Source: Azolla caroliniana
Taxonomy: Eukaryota; Plantae; Polypodiophyta
DNA: 64,000 nucleotides
Direction: 5' to 3'
Assembly (NCBI GenBank): GCA_043228905.1
Contig: JBHGNT010000001.1
Coordinates: forward strand, 186,001 to 250,000
Within the stretch, counting starts at the first letter, position 1. Every line of letters begins with the position of its first letter. Under the pieces are notes generated by a model. It did not search any database, was not told the origin of the DNA, and saw only the letters and a list, made by a program, of their open reading frames with translations. A program made the translations under genes and the position numbers. Shown piece by piece: positions 45,485 through 60,845 of this stretch.

Positions 45485-48047
45485 ATGACCTACGAGTGGA
45501 CATGTCATGTATCTAGTGGAAATCTCAACGTTTAATATATTGAACTCACTTTTCTGACATGGGTATTTTAAATTAGGTAAAGTTTCCGTATGACGTACGT
45601 AGTGAACCTTTAGAAGCCCACATGTAATAAACTAAGCTTGTTCCTTGACATGTACCTATTCTACCTATGATGAGGTTAACTATGTTTGGGTGGTTGATTG
45701 TGATTTATGAGATAGGGCCTAGTTCATGACGACAAATTAACTTGGGTGATAAATTAAAAGAGAGAGAATGGTGTGCTTTCATGCTCAAGAGAGACAAAGT
45801 GGTATAGGCTACTTAGATATTATTTGTTGTGGTGGTTCCCATGGAAAAGCTGAATATAAGGGTATGCGTTGACTAAACTAAACCGAACATCATAATTTTA
45901 GTTAAATGCATTTGCATATATGTATGTATACCTTGCTTGAGTAATGGCAATATATGGCTCCGCTCATTCAAACTTGGAAACACACCAACCACAATTCAAA
46001 AGATAGTTGACCAAATCTCTAGTGACTAAGTATCTAAGGACTTCATAAGATATTGTTATATTCTTCTTAAAATTTTATATGTATTCTTCTTTATTTTAAC
46101 CTATGTGCTCTTTGTTATATATAACCCTAGTTATTTTCCACTATGAAATTTGTGTATGTCTTTTCTTTTTATATGATCATATGTCTACATCTGTTATTTC
46201 ATTTTCTCCATTACGGATTTAACATCCCTCCAAATTAGTGACTTCAAACAATGTTCTCTCCATATGCAAATAGATGCTCAATCTCTATTCCGAAGCACGT
46301 GATAGTTGTCACAAATTGGCACTAGTTTGTGAAGTGTGTTTGCGTGGCATTCTACCATTGCATTTTTTTACATCATTCCCTTCTTCATTTTGGATGGCAA
46401 AGCCATGCTATACATACCACCCCTATACCATGTATTGAGACTACGATTAATTCTTGGAGCAAAAACGGAGAAAGACAATAAGGGGAAATTTGTTTACAAG
46501 AATTGCGCTTATTTATTTTGTACAAATTGGGAGTCTTTTTGGGCCCAAGGAGCACCTTGATCAATTAAGAAGTTACATTTAATGATTCTCTTTCTTCTCA
46601 ATCTCTCATTCTTCCACCCCGTATTTAGGGTCGGAGGTTCTTGTGGTTGTTCCACCTCTTGTCACTTGGCGATAATGCATTTGGGGCATCTTAAGTATTC
46701 TTACAATTACGCGTTTTATGTACCAGTGGTTTAATGATTCATTGTTTCTCAAACCAATTACGCACTCTTAGAATTCGATAGTCTATGACTAGGGTAAAGG
46801 AAGGCCATTCATTGTGTTTCATCACTTAATTCAATTGTGGCATATTATTTAAGTGAACAATGAGCTTGATTTCCCTCTTCTTCCCCTAAACCTGTTCTGT
46901 AGCATTTTGGGAGGGGCATTTGGTGTCTCGCTTATCTATTAGAGCTATCATTATCTTTGTCTTTCTTTTGTTGTAATGAACAAGATTTGGAATATCGTTT
47001 TGGCTATTCGAGATGGTTTTGTAATTGATCAAACCATATATTGTGAGGGGCATAATGTAATCCTATATTGCTTATCATGGGTGCAATAGGGAAGACATTG
47101 GTACAACCCTCACAAACAACCAAAACCAAGAACCAATCCATGGTTGAGTGAGAGATGGTATGGATTGTGGCTAAACATAACACATGCAAAAAAAATTAAG
47201 GACAATTATATGTAAAGAGACCCAACATAAATTTAGTTGTGAATGCCCAAATATCAATAGATGTTAGACATGTGAACAAGTAGACTCTCAAGTGAATACC
47301 CAAATATAAAGTGGATAGACAAAATCTCATAACGTGATTATGATGCTCTCTAAGCTCTATTATATGTGTTATGTAGGAAAGCTTGAATCAAAGGTGAATT
47401 ATTTTGAAAAGAAACACAACATATGTCATACTAGTAATAAGAGGCTTAGCTAAAGTCACAATATAAGGTTTAGTTATGACTTATAATATATGTAAAGTGG
47501 CAATGTACCAATGGGCTTGAACTCTTTTTTTGTCGAATTGTTTATGAGATTGATCTCCCTTCAAAGTTGACCTTACAATGTGGAAGTGCCAAAAATGGAG
47601 AAACCACTCCTAATATGTCTAGTCAATGTATACCTTCTTGCAACTATGTATGCCCATCCAAATCTCCACGTTTGAACATAGCAAACTTACATTCTTAAAA
47701 CCTAGAAGCAACCATTGTCGTTTATTATAATGTTTGGACAAGATGAGAGTTAAGACTCTGTAGGTAAGGCCATTGATTATAATGTTTGAACAATATGAGA
47801 GATAAGACTATATAGTTAAAGCCTTTGATTTTCCACGCAGTGCCACTAGAGTTATTATTTCGAGATCATTACCGACCCATATTCGTATTATCAAGAGGAA
47901 AACAAAATACCAAAAATAATTCCAAAGCAAAACCGATCAAGTTCTTTTTTATTACCAGAATACCCCTACGTGGCCTTCACTACGAAGAAGAGGAAGGTTG
48001 AAGGTTTTGTTTGCTTTGAGTTTTGGGTAATCGATTATTAGGAAGGG

Positions 48048-51000
48048 ATGGAGGATAATGGTCTTGGCCAAGCCCTGAAACAGCGTGGATTCCGTCTGGG
48101 CTTCTCTCCGGGGAAAGGACGATGTCTTTTTGCTGAAAGAAATTTCTCACGAGGTAACGTGTTCTTGTGCGTGTATTTGTTGTTCATGAGCTATGTGCTC
48201 GATACATACATGTATATATATCTGCACATGTATTTATCGTATATATACATCAAGGTGTATGCCTATGTATGAATGCATGCATGCATGCATGTATGTATGT
48301 ATGTATGTATGTATGTATGTATGTATGTATGTATGTATGTATGTATGTATGTATGTATGTATGTATGTATGTATGTGCATGTATGTATGTTTGTCTACAT
48401 ATGTATTGTATGAATATACATGTATGAGCACTGATGTGAAAATAAGCTTATTTATGAAGTACGAAAGGGCCATTGTCTAAATTCAAAGACCTCAACCAAC
48501 TATAGCAGTCCTTGAGAATAGTCCGATGATAACAAAAAAGGCAACTTGTATAGAATGGCCAAGACTAGTGTTTCCTGTGGAATGCATTTGAAAGAAATGC
48601 TTGGAAAACCCTATTTTTTGTGTAATTTTAAATTGCACTATTTGTGAAATGTCTTGAAATTACCAGATTGTTTTGAATATACAAACATCCAAACCATTGG
48701 GATGTTACTTCAGAAATAATGCTACAACTTAGATGAAAGAGTGCATCCTTCTGATGAAGTTATTATTCCCCAACGCTGAAATTCCAACACCTTGTCAGTT
48801 TGGTATAGTACCTCATAATCACATGTTTGAGATGTATTCTGACCTTTGAATTCTTTAATGATATCTTCTTGCACATGCTGCCTTTGAGACAGTCTCTCTC
48901 TACCTGGAGATGCATACCATTTCACTCTCTATGTTCCTCTTTTGTGATGTCTGATCTCATCTCGATAGTGAGACATTAGCAGTGTGTGTGCCCCTCAATA
49001 GGAACATGATACTGATGAATTATGGATCATGGTGTTTCTTAGCAATTGATATTTTGTCAATATAAACTACAATGTTGCTCTATGAATGTGGACTTGATCT
49101 CTACAAAACTCAATGTGTGTGATGGATAGTCTGACATACGGAAGGAAATGGCTATGATATGTTTGTTCACAGTTGCAAGGACATTTTCTCACATGGATTA
49201 TACCTATTTATTCTTTATTTTGTAGCACTATATATTCACCTATTCTTGAAGTAAATGAATCTTTAGCTATAGTACAGGATATTAGTTAGGATTGTGTATA
49301 CCTCAAATTTGTAGAAGAATCCCTTATGTGCTTCGTTGTTTCATTCTGTGATAAGTGATCGTGGAAATTATTCAATGCATAATGTACGAAGCATTACTTA
49401 TGGAAAGAAGAAAAAGTTTATTTTCATTCTACATGCATATCTGTTAATGCTATAACTTGCCGGATTAATGCAGGAGAGTTGTTACTAGAACAAAGCCCAT
49501 ATGCAAGTGTATTGAATGATGATTTGAAGAAAAGGTGCGACGGATGCTTCAAAGAAGGTTCTAAGTTCAAACGATGTGCAATTTGTAGAATGGTTCATTA
49601 TTGCAGCACAACTTGTCAGGTTCTTATTCTCAGACATAGCTCATGTTATTTTGAAAATCAAGTGGTTTTCATGATACATAAAATTTTCTTGATAAGTTGC
49701 CTTCTCTTTTGCATGCTGGGTGTACCTATATAAATCTATGTTGAGGAACAGAAATTATAATTACCAAAAACAACTTATGCAGCAGGGCATATTCTGTGTA
49801 CAAGCTGTCATACCGGTGACCAGTGGCTAATCTCTTTTTGTTGCCACTGAGGATGCTATCATTTTTAATATGGAGCCTCCGACTGGTGGTAGAAGAGTAA
49901 TGTTGAAGTCACATGTCTATAATGCTCAAATGCTAAAGAAATCACACAGTAAGCATGGTTTCCTCTAGTTATAAACCTTCTCTAAGATAAAAAATACCAG
50001 AAGACCATCATCAGGGAATCCAGCGATGTGTGAGTATTAAGTTCCTCTGAAATGTAATATTGTCATCTAAAATACTTGTACCGGGCTTGTTGTGTAAAAC
50101 AAATGTTCAGAGCCATAGCTTTTAGATTTATGATGTATAATAAATCATGCTACAGTTGGTTTTACGTTAGGTACATAATGTCTACTTGTATTTTCTTCAT
50201 GTGAATTAAAATCCTTAATGCTTGTGATTTTGGTGGCGTTGGCATTTCCTTTCCTCTACTTGTGCATGTTGTTTTGTTTGCTATGAAGAATTAATATGGT
50301 ACTCATGCTATGGTTGGTTTTATGTTTAGATGTCTGCTTCTATTTTCTTCATGCTTAACGCTTGTGATTTTGGTGGCATGGGTATTTGCTTTCTTCTCCT
50401 TGTGCATGTTGTTTTGCATGTTAATATCCTTAATGCTCGTGATTTTGGTGACATGGGCATTTCCTTTCTTCTCCTTGTGGATGTTGTTTTGCATGTTATG
50501 AAGAGTTAATATGGTATTTGTTTTGCTGCAGAAACAAGAATGGCCGATCCACAAGTATGAATGCAAATGTTTTGTTGCTCTGTTGGAAGAAAAGGGGCAA
50601 ATTTTGACATCATCACTGAGATTGATGCTGAGGATACTTATCAAACGGCACTTGCAACAGAACAAGGTTCACAAGGAGGAAAAAATCCTTCTTTCTCTGA
50701 TGATCATTTTTATCTTTGAAAGCAGCATTATATCAATGTTAAGGTATTTATTGTCATGAACATGTCCAGTCTGTCAGTCTGGATAATCTGGATAACTATC
50801 AGATTGTGGATGCTTTGCCTACACGTATCCAATACTGCTTTTAAGGAAGGTTAAGAGAAATATAAAACTATGAGCTGTGTAATATTACTGAGTTAATGAT
50901 TTTCAGGTCATACATTTTGTGTACCTTATCGTTGAAGATTTCAGATTTTGATAAGGTACCTGAGCAGCAACTTATTCTATACGCCCAAATGGCAAATATC

Positions 51001-53824
51001 GTGAAATCACTTTACAAGGAGGAGGATGTTGAAATCAAAAAAATTACTCAAAATTTTTGCAGGGTATGGAAATTTTGTACCCAAGTTCTCCTAACTTCTG
51101 TAAAGTTTCTGACGGATATCAAAATCTAATAGCTAAATAAGCACTACGGATAGTTTAAGTAGTGGATGTTCCATATCTTCTACTAAATAATATCAGTATG
51201 CTATTTTGATGGTTTAACTAGTAGATGCTCTATATCTTCTAACCAAGTAATCTGTATACTATTTCGTGGAGGAAGCCGTGATCAAATAAGTCATCTTAGC
51301 ACAGTATAATCAAGCAAACAGAGAATTGTTGAGGTAATGATGGTAGGTAGTTAAGACAAGCCCCCGTGTACTGTGAATAATTGACCAAGAGAATAATTCT
51401 AGGGTTGCATTGTGTTTCAATTTGCCGTTTGTTAATGGATAGAAGGAAACGCCATCCCTTGGAATTAGTTGCCTGAATTCCTGTATGTAAGTGTACAGCT
51501 CTTGTGAAGGCGCTACAAGTCAAGAGAGATCTGCATTCAGTACTGAGATCAAAGAAAACTATCACGTGTCAGCTATTAATTTACAATAGTAAATTCATAT
51601 GAGATAAACTTAGTGAGAAACTGATAGACATTGTAAATAAACATTCCCTAGTGTTGATAACTGCTTCAACTTGTTGCAGTTAGCATGTAATGCCCACACT
51701 ATACTTGATGGAGAATTAAGACCTTTGGGCACTGGCCTGTATCCTGTACTTTCGATTATCAATCATAGGTAAGTGACATCTTTATTTCTATGTGTGTACT
51801 ATTTGCAGTTACTAATATAAATATTGCTTTGATGCTTGGTACTGATGGTCAATATTTCAGTTGTCTTCCAAATTGTATCCTCATGTTTGAAGGAAAGAGA
51901 GCCAGTGTTCGGGCGCTTGAGCCAATCAGCAAAGGATCTGAGGTACAATGAAGTAGTGTGTTATGTGGGCGTATTTTAAAAAACTGTCTTATGGCTAGCC
52001 ACTTGGCAACTTGTTGGCCATGTCCTTTTAATAAAAGGGCCACATCTCACACTGAGATTTCCCTTCTGTAATATACGATATTATTAAAAAATAACACAAC
52101 CTCAAACTCTCACCCTTGTCACTGGAGTAATATCTTGACACTAGGATTTCTTTTAATATTGATTTTGTTTTCATTGAAGGTGTCCTGCAGAACCCAATTA
52201 TGAGAATGTGTAGGCTGGAACACAATCTTTTGTCAATCTAGGAGATTACATTGCTTACTTCAAAGTTGAGGGAAAGGTTAAATTAGGTGAAGGCTGATGC
52301 TGCTTGATTTGCCATCCAGGTAATGGTCAGTTATGTGGAGCTTGGTTCAATCACTGTGACACGGCAGAAAAGCTTGAGAGAACAGTACTTCTTTAATTGT
52401 GATTGTCCTCGCTGTCAAGCACAGGTTGAGACATTTCTTATATTGGTACTGCGTCTGGTGTCAACCTGTCCTCGCTGTCAAGCACAGGTTGAGACATTTC
52501 TTATACTTGAGTGCAGATGCATCCTGATGGCATGATGGAAGATGCACGTATGGAGGGATTTATGTGCTCAAAGTGCGAAGGACTACTTCTATCAGTTCCA
52601 GGTATGTTTTTCACTGTAGATTTTACAAGACTCCATTCCACATCCTTAAGTTTTATCCTGAAATACAGGGGATACTGAGAGGATGTTATGCCAAACATGC
52701 AGTGCAAAGCATGACAAGCACATGATATTGAAGGAAATGGAGGAATGTAATGTCTTACTTCAACAAGCTACAAGGCTTATTGCTTCAGGAAGTATCCACA
52801 TTGTGCACTGGAAGTATAACATGTGTATTGTCCGTATTGTCATGGTTATTCCATATAATGCTTATGTTTCAGCAAAACATCTGAACAAAGCTTGCTAACT
52901 TCATGCATTACATATAAATGTTACCAAGTTTATGTTAGTTGATAAAAGTAATGTGGAGACGTGGAACATGTAAGAAACTCATGAAAACATTGTTTTAAAT
53001 CCAAGTTGCTCTTCCTCCATTTTGTTTGTGGACCTTGATTGCATTTTAGATTTCTTGGAAGCAAGATATGCATTAGAACAACTTGATCAGCGCCAAGCAC
53101 AGGTGGTCAAAACAGATTCTCTATATAGGATTAAAACTTTTGACAACTTGATAAAGGTGTGTCCCTTCAATCTACTTTATCTTCGTATGTTGCTGTATTT
53201 CATTCTGAAACTAAATGTGTTTTTCAGGTCTGCATGTCTTTGGAGGATTGGTCATCTGCACTTCTCTATTGTCGTAAATCCATTCCATCCTACAGAAGTA
53301 GGCCTTCTATCTGAGACACCACTATAATTTCTTGAATATGATGTATATCAGATTTCAAGAAATTTCCACATCATCAGTTTTGATCACCCTGATAAGCAGT
53401 GTCGATGTTAATTTTAATTTTAGTACATGTTATGTAACATGGTTTACTGTCTAACAAGGTTAGTGTACAGGAGTGTACATGCAGTACCATCCTTTACTTG
53501 GGCTACAGTTATACACCTGTGGGAAGCTTGAATGGTACACTAAAATATCGTTTCTGAAATTATCAACGTTAAACATTATTGTTGTGATTTTGTATTTCTA
53601 AAGATTTATTTCGATCACTTGATAAGCACATAACTGGTTCTAGGTACCTCGAAGATATTAAAAATGCTGTTAAGTCATATAGAAAAGCTCTTGGAATCCT
53701 GGAACACACACATGGACACAATGCAGAATTGGTGAGAACTTTGAAACTTTCTCTACAAGAGGCAGAAGCTACAGCTCATCATCTTTTGGGTGAACAGACA
53801 TCACTTGGAAAACCAGTCTGTTGA
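48048..53824 (+). CDS. ASHR1: SET/MYND (SMYD-type) lysine methyltransferase, 14 exons: 48048-48153, 49474-49619, 50532-50666, 50770-50824, 50945-51063, 51680-51768, 51861-51942, 52320-52424, 52517-52601, 52669-52791, 53050-53156, 53228-53297, 53471-53534, 53644-53824
   Basis: KGRCLFA, MYND finger (CDGC...CAIC...YCSTTCQ...HKYEC), ACNAHTI, INHSCLPN, YFFNCDCPRC, HPLLGLQLYTCGKLEW and THG. Splice phases are consistent. Confidence 0.93.
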
Positions 53825-55105
53825 ATTAGTGAGAACTTTGAAGCTTTCTCTTGGAAAACCATATGAGGAATCATGTCTATTTTTCTTTATGAAAGTCACA
53901 GCTCATTTTTTGGTGAGAAAAACCTTTAAATAGTTTCTTAGTTCAACACATCAAGAAAGATATTATTGTAGAGAAATAATGTGGCAATGTATATATGTGG
54001 GATCTAGCTTCAGCTGTCCAACTTGTATTCATTTACAGTTCTTTAGAATGTTAAAATTGTTTAAACAGAATTTTTTTAGAAATTTAGTATGTTTCACATT
54101 GTTTAAAACCATAAAACATATTTTTAAACATACAAAAATATCTCATCATCCACATGCAGTATACGAAGTATTTACAATTCTTTAGAATGCTCCGAATGGA
54201 GTAAATAATCTTCAATAATAATGTGATTATAAAATACAAAGTGATATACAAAGCAAATTCCATATCGGCAAAATACAAACGCTGCACAAAACTAAAATGA
54301 CAACACCAACACCAAGCACTGAATTTTCTCCTCATCCCATCTTCTGAATCCAAAACAATTATAAATAAATATTTGTCTGTCTCTTGGAAATAAAACATAA
54401 TACAGTAATAACTCATTTTCATATCAGAGTTCTTTGTCTAACAGCAGTTTCGTGGAAGCATACAACCACTGATGTAATAAGATAATATAATATGCTCATT
54501 TCATACTTTGTAGAAGTTGTGTATTCAAAATTAAACAGCTGTTAATGGATGTAGCTAAAAGATTCTTTGTACAAAATGATGCAGCAATTACCAAACCCAG
54601 ATAATTTTCTTGATTATAAAAACCAAAGGTTTTGTTTGTTCAATAGAGACGTCATCAGTTCCATTTCACTGTATGGATACCGAACTAAACACAATTTCTG
54701 ATACTCATACTTTTATAATATGCATTGTGGAGTTTAGAGAACTTCAATACATATCAAATACAATATACAAACCTGATCGTATACCTGACATGTTTATGGG
54801 TGGGGATCTTCAGCACTTAGGTAAATAGCTTCCGCTGAATCATTTTCTCTCAAAACCAGTAGGTCCTACACATCAATTTCCAACTATCACTGGCACTAAA
54901 ATAAGTCGAAAGTCTAAACGGGACAAAGCATTGATGGTTCTAAAAACACTTCTACAAGATTGACTATCCTTGTGTTTATGATTTCATAATCAAGATGCTG
55001 ATGTGTGGATATGTTGGTATGAAATGTTCAACTGCACACATAATTAAGCTAAGGCAGATTTGTAATTCATAAGTAAACATATGTTTGGTCCTAACTTCTG
55101 TTATG

Positions 55106-58100
55106 TCAGTGAGAAAAAGGCATCAGAAAAATGTCCAAATCACAAACAGTCAAGTCACCTTTCTCAAATTCACCTTGCTCATTTGAGAAATTGCTCTTTA
55201 TATCATCTATATCTTGTAGCTCTGATCTTAGCATAAAGTTCACTGGAGATTGACGAGCTGATAAATTTGGAGAGGCTTCGATTGTAGGTGTTGATCGTGG
55301 TGCTTGTAAATGTAAAGACAAAGGTGACTCCATCATTGGAGTAGTTTGAAAGGAAGTTATGGGTGAATTGAGTGCAGGAGTATGTTGAAAGGATGATAGA
55401 GGTGACACAGTTGCAGTTGGCAGAGATGATGAGAGTGTTGACAATGGTGACCTTCCTCCAGGAGGTAACATGTTCACCTTTATCCTGAAAAATAAAACTA
55501 TTATAAGAAAAGAGAATAGCATATTAAATTTAACAGCTCACAGTGAAGTATAGACTTACTTGTTATGCACGTCTATATATTCATCAGTCTCATCCAGAAT
55601 TTCTTCCTGCAATCATTTTCATTATCAGCCATATACCAATTGAATTTGTACAAAAACTACCTTTAATCAACATGAAGGATGCCACAACACACGACTACAC
55701 ACTACCAGCAGTTATACTTTGGCAGTTAAACCTTTGGAAAGACTAGGTTTCGGATAGCATGACCTCCCATATTAGATCATTGACACTACTTGTAGACCTA
55801 AATACTAGTATACTCTTGACCATAGTTTATGATGACTCTTGCATTTCAGTTCAGTTCAATAATTTGACCTTCTCCAAAACTAGATAAAGGAATGCATAGT
55901 TGTATAGCCAGTGCTCTTTTTTAGAAGATGCTAATCAGTTCGCATCCCAGCTTGCACCTTTAAAAGAATCAACGTCAAAGCACAATGGACATATAAAAAA
56001 CACATCCTCTCAGCACCAATTAAGCTGGGGACATCACTACATATATATCAAAGGTCAGTAATACCTGCAGGAGTTCTTCAATCACATCTTCCATTGTAAT
56101 GATCCCAACAACCTCTTCATCCTGGGGAAAACTAGGAACAAACTGTTCACTAATTTCCAAAAAATCATCTTGAGTTGTGCGTTCCCACTTCTTATTTCTC
56201 TGACTGTGATTTTCTGCTCCCCATTCATCCTTTCTAGAAACTGAGATAGCAGGTCCAATCGATGGACTTCGTTTCCCCAGAAGTACATTTCCAGAATCAG
56301 CCAGAATATCAGCTTCAGGAATATCCACTGTCGAAGCCATAGGTGAGGCTGTTCAAACAAATTAGAACAAGTATTTGAAGAAGTCATTGCAGATCATCAA
56401 GTTCCTTTAATCCACATATTTATATATAGCATGAAATTGGCAATGAATTTTAATTATAGAGGATTGGTGAATCGCGATGATTGTTGATGAATGCTCATAT
56501 GCAATATTAATATGAGAATACACATCCAGGCTACCACATTACACCTTGCACAACCCTGCCTTCCATTATCCTTTTGTGTCTTGGGTTGCCTTTTTTTCTA
56601 TCTGCAAGTCCTTTTATTTCCTTGCTCTTGTTGATAGCATCCAGCTTCTCTTGACTGTATTTTACGACTGCAGCCATATGGCTGTGTCCCTTCTGGAACT
56701 CATTCAGAATGTCATATAATGGCATGTTTTCTTCAACCCTTTTACAAATAGAAAACTATCTCGATTAGAATGTTCCCCTGAATTCACATACCTGCATCAA
56801 AAAAGAGAAAGCACAGGAAACATAAAGCACCGTGGAATTTTTCGTATAGTTGCATGCTGTCTCACTGGCATCTTATCTTCGGGTCGAGTTGTGAGCAAAT
56901 TCTTTACCTGTAAAATTAATGTCTACTAATTTAAAGAAATTCTGAAGAAGTTATTCTCAATGTAGCATATCTTCATAAGAGATAAATTTGTAAGCATCCT
57001 AAAGCCTGTTGTGGACATGTCTATTACTTGAGGACAGTTACCCTTCTAACACAATGTACATGTGCATTTACTACAGGTGTTTTTTTACTGTGCACATTTG
57101 TTCTCTCCAACACATCCCCTTCATTCCAATAGTAAACGAATAGGCTTTAAAAGTCCTAATGTTTGCATTCTGATCACAAATTTCTAAAAAAAGTGCCAAA
57201 ATCTCTTATTGCGTTCCAAATAATATCATGCCTCATAGCCTACTACTCATTCTTGCCCTAGGGAATGTGGTAAAAGCTGTGCCAAACCCCACAAAATCAA
57301 AATAAATCCATGGGGCTTTAAAAATTCTAATGTTTGCATTTTGATCACAAATTTCTAATAAAAGTGCCACAATCTCTTACGGCATTCCAAATAAAGTCAT
57401 GTCTCATAACCTACTACTCATTCTTGGCCTAGGGAATGTGGTAAAAGCTTTGGCAAAACCCACAAAGTCAAAATAAATCCATGGGGTATAGGCACTAGAT
57501 GTCAATGATAACAAAGAACATGTAGCTAGACAATCTAATCCACAGAGGTATTCAAATTTTGTTGATCAATCACCCTAATCAATAGAAACAGATTGTGAAG
57601 CTACCAACTCTTATGAACTCTATTTGAAGTCCACTGTGGAGTTCATAATCTGAATTAAAACACAAATTACAGATTTGACTTCTCACAAATAGCTAGTACT
57701 GCTTCATTAACATAGCAGTTATGCATCTACACCAAGACACTTTCTTGATAATTGCTATAATAAATACTCACCAAGATCAGCCCAATTATATTCGTCGGTG
57801 ACCCTGAATATACAGGAACCCGACTATGCCCTTTCCTCATTATCAAATTCATCATGTTCCTGTATAAAAAGAGAACAAAGTCACAAACTCAATATTATTT
57901 TACTGTTGCCATTTTTAAAGTGAATGAGTAGCCATACATATCAAGTACAGCATTGACATCAACAGAGAAAGTGTCAGAAATAGGTGTCATAGCATCCTTC
58001 GCTGTCTTTTGTGTCATTTCTAATGCACCGGTAATAATTGTCGTCTCATCATGTGTTAGTTCACCTCCTTTCCCAGCCTGTCCATAAACAACACTACTAA

Positions 58101-60845
58101 ACATTAACATGCATGAACTAGGAGCCACAATGCCATTATTTTCTAATAAACTAGTCCCATTTTAAATTAACTTCGAGTTTCCAAAGAATAAATCAATAAC
58201 TATATTAATCAGAGATAATATCATGCGCGATTATTAGCATAAAAGAACCAAATAATTACATTAATAGAAGATAACATCATGCACAATTATTAGCATAAAA
58301 GGAACAAATAATATCTCCTATTAATATGATTATTAGCATAATTTAATATATAGGAGATAACATCACACACAATTATCAGCATAAAAGAACCAAATAATAT
58401 CTTGCTATAACAGAGAGACAGAGACAGAGAGATAGGGAGAAGAAATGTAGGCTCATGAACATAAATTTATTCAGGTTTCTCCTCTTTCTTTCCAACCACG
58501 GATTTCAGAGGAAATGGAAACCTATGCATCGCATTATGTTCACAGAAAAAACATGAAGAATAGGATATGATCCGACTGTACCAAACTGCAATCTATACAT
58601 GTAGGACTGCAACAATGGACAGACCTTAGCATTCTTCATGGTCATTCATGGTCATTCATGGTCATTCATGGTCTTGACACTATTTGTGCTGGTAGCTTTT
58701 AGCAAACTGTTGCAGAACCCTCACAACTCTACTTAGTGTTCCAGTTCAATGATGACAAGAAATTGATCTCCGTTTGGCAGTGTAATCAGTGATCTAAATG
58801 ACACTCATCATCTATTTTAACTTTTTCGCAGATATAATGATTTTCTTTGAAACGAGGTAATAACCTCGTCACGATAATCTGCTTCATAACCTGGCAGGTT
58901 TCATGGAGGGATGCTGCATGCTGATCACGCACATTGGTGCAGTGAAAAGGAGCACAAAACTGCTTCCATGTATTAGGGTATTGTACAGAGTACAACAGTC
59001 AAATTGCAGTGGGATTTGTTGTGAAATGCATGTAATTGGAATGAAGAGTCGTATATAATACAGGCTATCTATCATCAAATTGATTCAATTTGTTAGCATC
59101 GGTGCTAATTCAGTATTATGTTTCCCACCAGTCTCCTCTCTCCTAATTTATGGAGATAAAAACGGCCAAAGCTATTCTCCACTAGATAAAACAAGACTGC
59201 ATACAAATGGGTCCAAGTGTATCGTAATCATGTTGCCTGAATTTACACAGTGAAGCGAGCTTCATTTATGATGGTACCTAAGATTATTTTTTAATAGAAT
59301 TCTGTGAATTTCATGACTGAAGAACATGCACACACTGTTTACTACAAGCAAACAAAAATTTCTTGTAAGCATTGGATTTAATGCAATACCTCATTCCCAT
59401 GCATATTAACAAGAGTCATCAACTCTGCTCTCCGAAACAACGCTAGATGACTTTTTCCCAGCACAAAATCCAATAGCTGTATAGTCCAACAGAAAAAGTT
59501 TGATTACCTTACCTTCTACTGAAACAATCAAGGAAAGAATATTATAACGAGTGACTAAAACACCCGTTTTCACTTAACTTCCAAAACATCTCTCCCAAAG
59601 AAACCTATTCTACAAACGTGGAAAATCTACTGCTATATATATAGAATAAATCTTCTCTTTAAATGCAGGTAATACCAATATAGGGTAACCATCTAAAACA
59701 TCTCTCCTTTTACACCACTTATCACATCTATAAGCTATACTTACACACTTCAAATGCTCTATTATAGCCAGCTTTTAAACTTTGCATCAAGAAAACTAGA
59801 ACTTCAGCATAGGCCCAGCTATCCAAAGTTCATTTTCCAAGATCATGCACTTGAAGCCTCCAACACAACATCTTACAAAGAATAAAGTTTCAAGGGTGAA
59901 ATATGCTGTCACATGTCACAACATGCATTGCAGATGCTATACTCTCTGAAAATAATATTTCGGTGAACATTTCCAGTGATGCAAGACACAAATTGAACTA
60001 CTCGAAAAGCTCCACCTGAGCTAAGGGTTGACTAAATCAAAACATCTTAGTCAAAATTAATACCTTGCTGATAGGATATGTAACAGGGAAAAATAGAATG
60101 ACTAGAACTCGTACAACAGGTGTCATTGCTGCACCAACTGCTAAGCCATATCTTGTGCAAACAGCTTGTGGGAGAATCTAATAAAAGAACAACAAACTTC
60201 AGCACAAATTACATTCCAACATTACACCTGAGATACACTAAAAAACGTAATATACCTCACCAAACATCAAAATCAGTGTTACTGATATCAAGATGGCACC
60301 CCAAGCATTTACCAATGCATCAAGAAATATGGGCAACGCCTGCACATGCCAAGATGGAAAAAGAAAACTAAAGTGCACCACCTAAAAACCAGAGGTAACT
60401 AGAAAAGGAAAAATGTATAGCATACCTCCATGGCAAGAGCATTACCAATTAAAAGGGTGCATAGCAATAAATGTTGATTCTTCACAACTGGGAGAATTTT
60501 TGCTGTCCGTTTGAAATCAAACTCATTAGAGATTACAAAATACATTCGCTATATCAATACTAATAGAAGAGTTCCAGTGCACAAATAAAATAAGTCTTTC
60601 CTGACTCATTTAGTCTCATACAATGGAGAAGAAAAATCAATTAAAAGTATAAACGGATAGTGAGTGAAACAACCTGCATATTTCTGATCCTTCGCGGTAC
60701 CAGATTTGATCAAAACTTCTAAGTCCACAAGACTGAGTGACATCAATCCAAGGGTGAGTCCAGACATCATGCCAGCAAAGAGAACAAGCCCAGCAATGAT
60801 GAGGAGATAAAGCCAAAAAGTCGGTCCACAACAATGCTCTGTCAT
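55106..60845 (-). CDS. DUF21-CBS (CNNM / plant MGR-type Mg transporter), 12 exons: 60674-60845, 60426-60502, 60256-60339, 60064-60177, 59390-59476, 57938-58077, 57772-57859, 56831-56907, 56545-56738, 56065-56348, 55560-55606, 55106-55484
   Basis: [69 protein letters not shown] and [22 protein letters not shown]. End of the last exon uncertain (possible donor at 55158). Confidence 0.93.
57143..57486. repeat. 171-bp diverged tandem duplication in an intron
   Basis: GGCTTTAAAA..CTAATGTTTGCATT at 57143 and 57314. Confidence 0.88.

Noticed and set aside
44600-47900. Hidden gene between SGR and ASHR1
   Set aside because: AT-rich with no recognisable motifs or consistent exon chain; perhaps old TE debris that I cannot identify.
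53726-53860. Extra exon after the ASHR1 stop
   Set aside because: It is only a short local duplication of the last exon in the 3' UTR.
42524-60845. Magnesium-themed cluster (SGR Mg-dechelatase plus CNNM/MGR transporter)
   Set aside because: Two genes separated by an unrelated SET gene, likely in different compartments, and no synteny evidence. Coincidence is sufficient.
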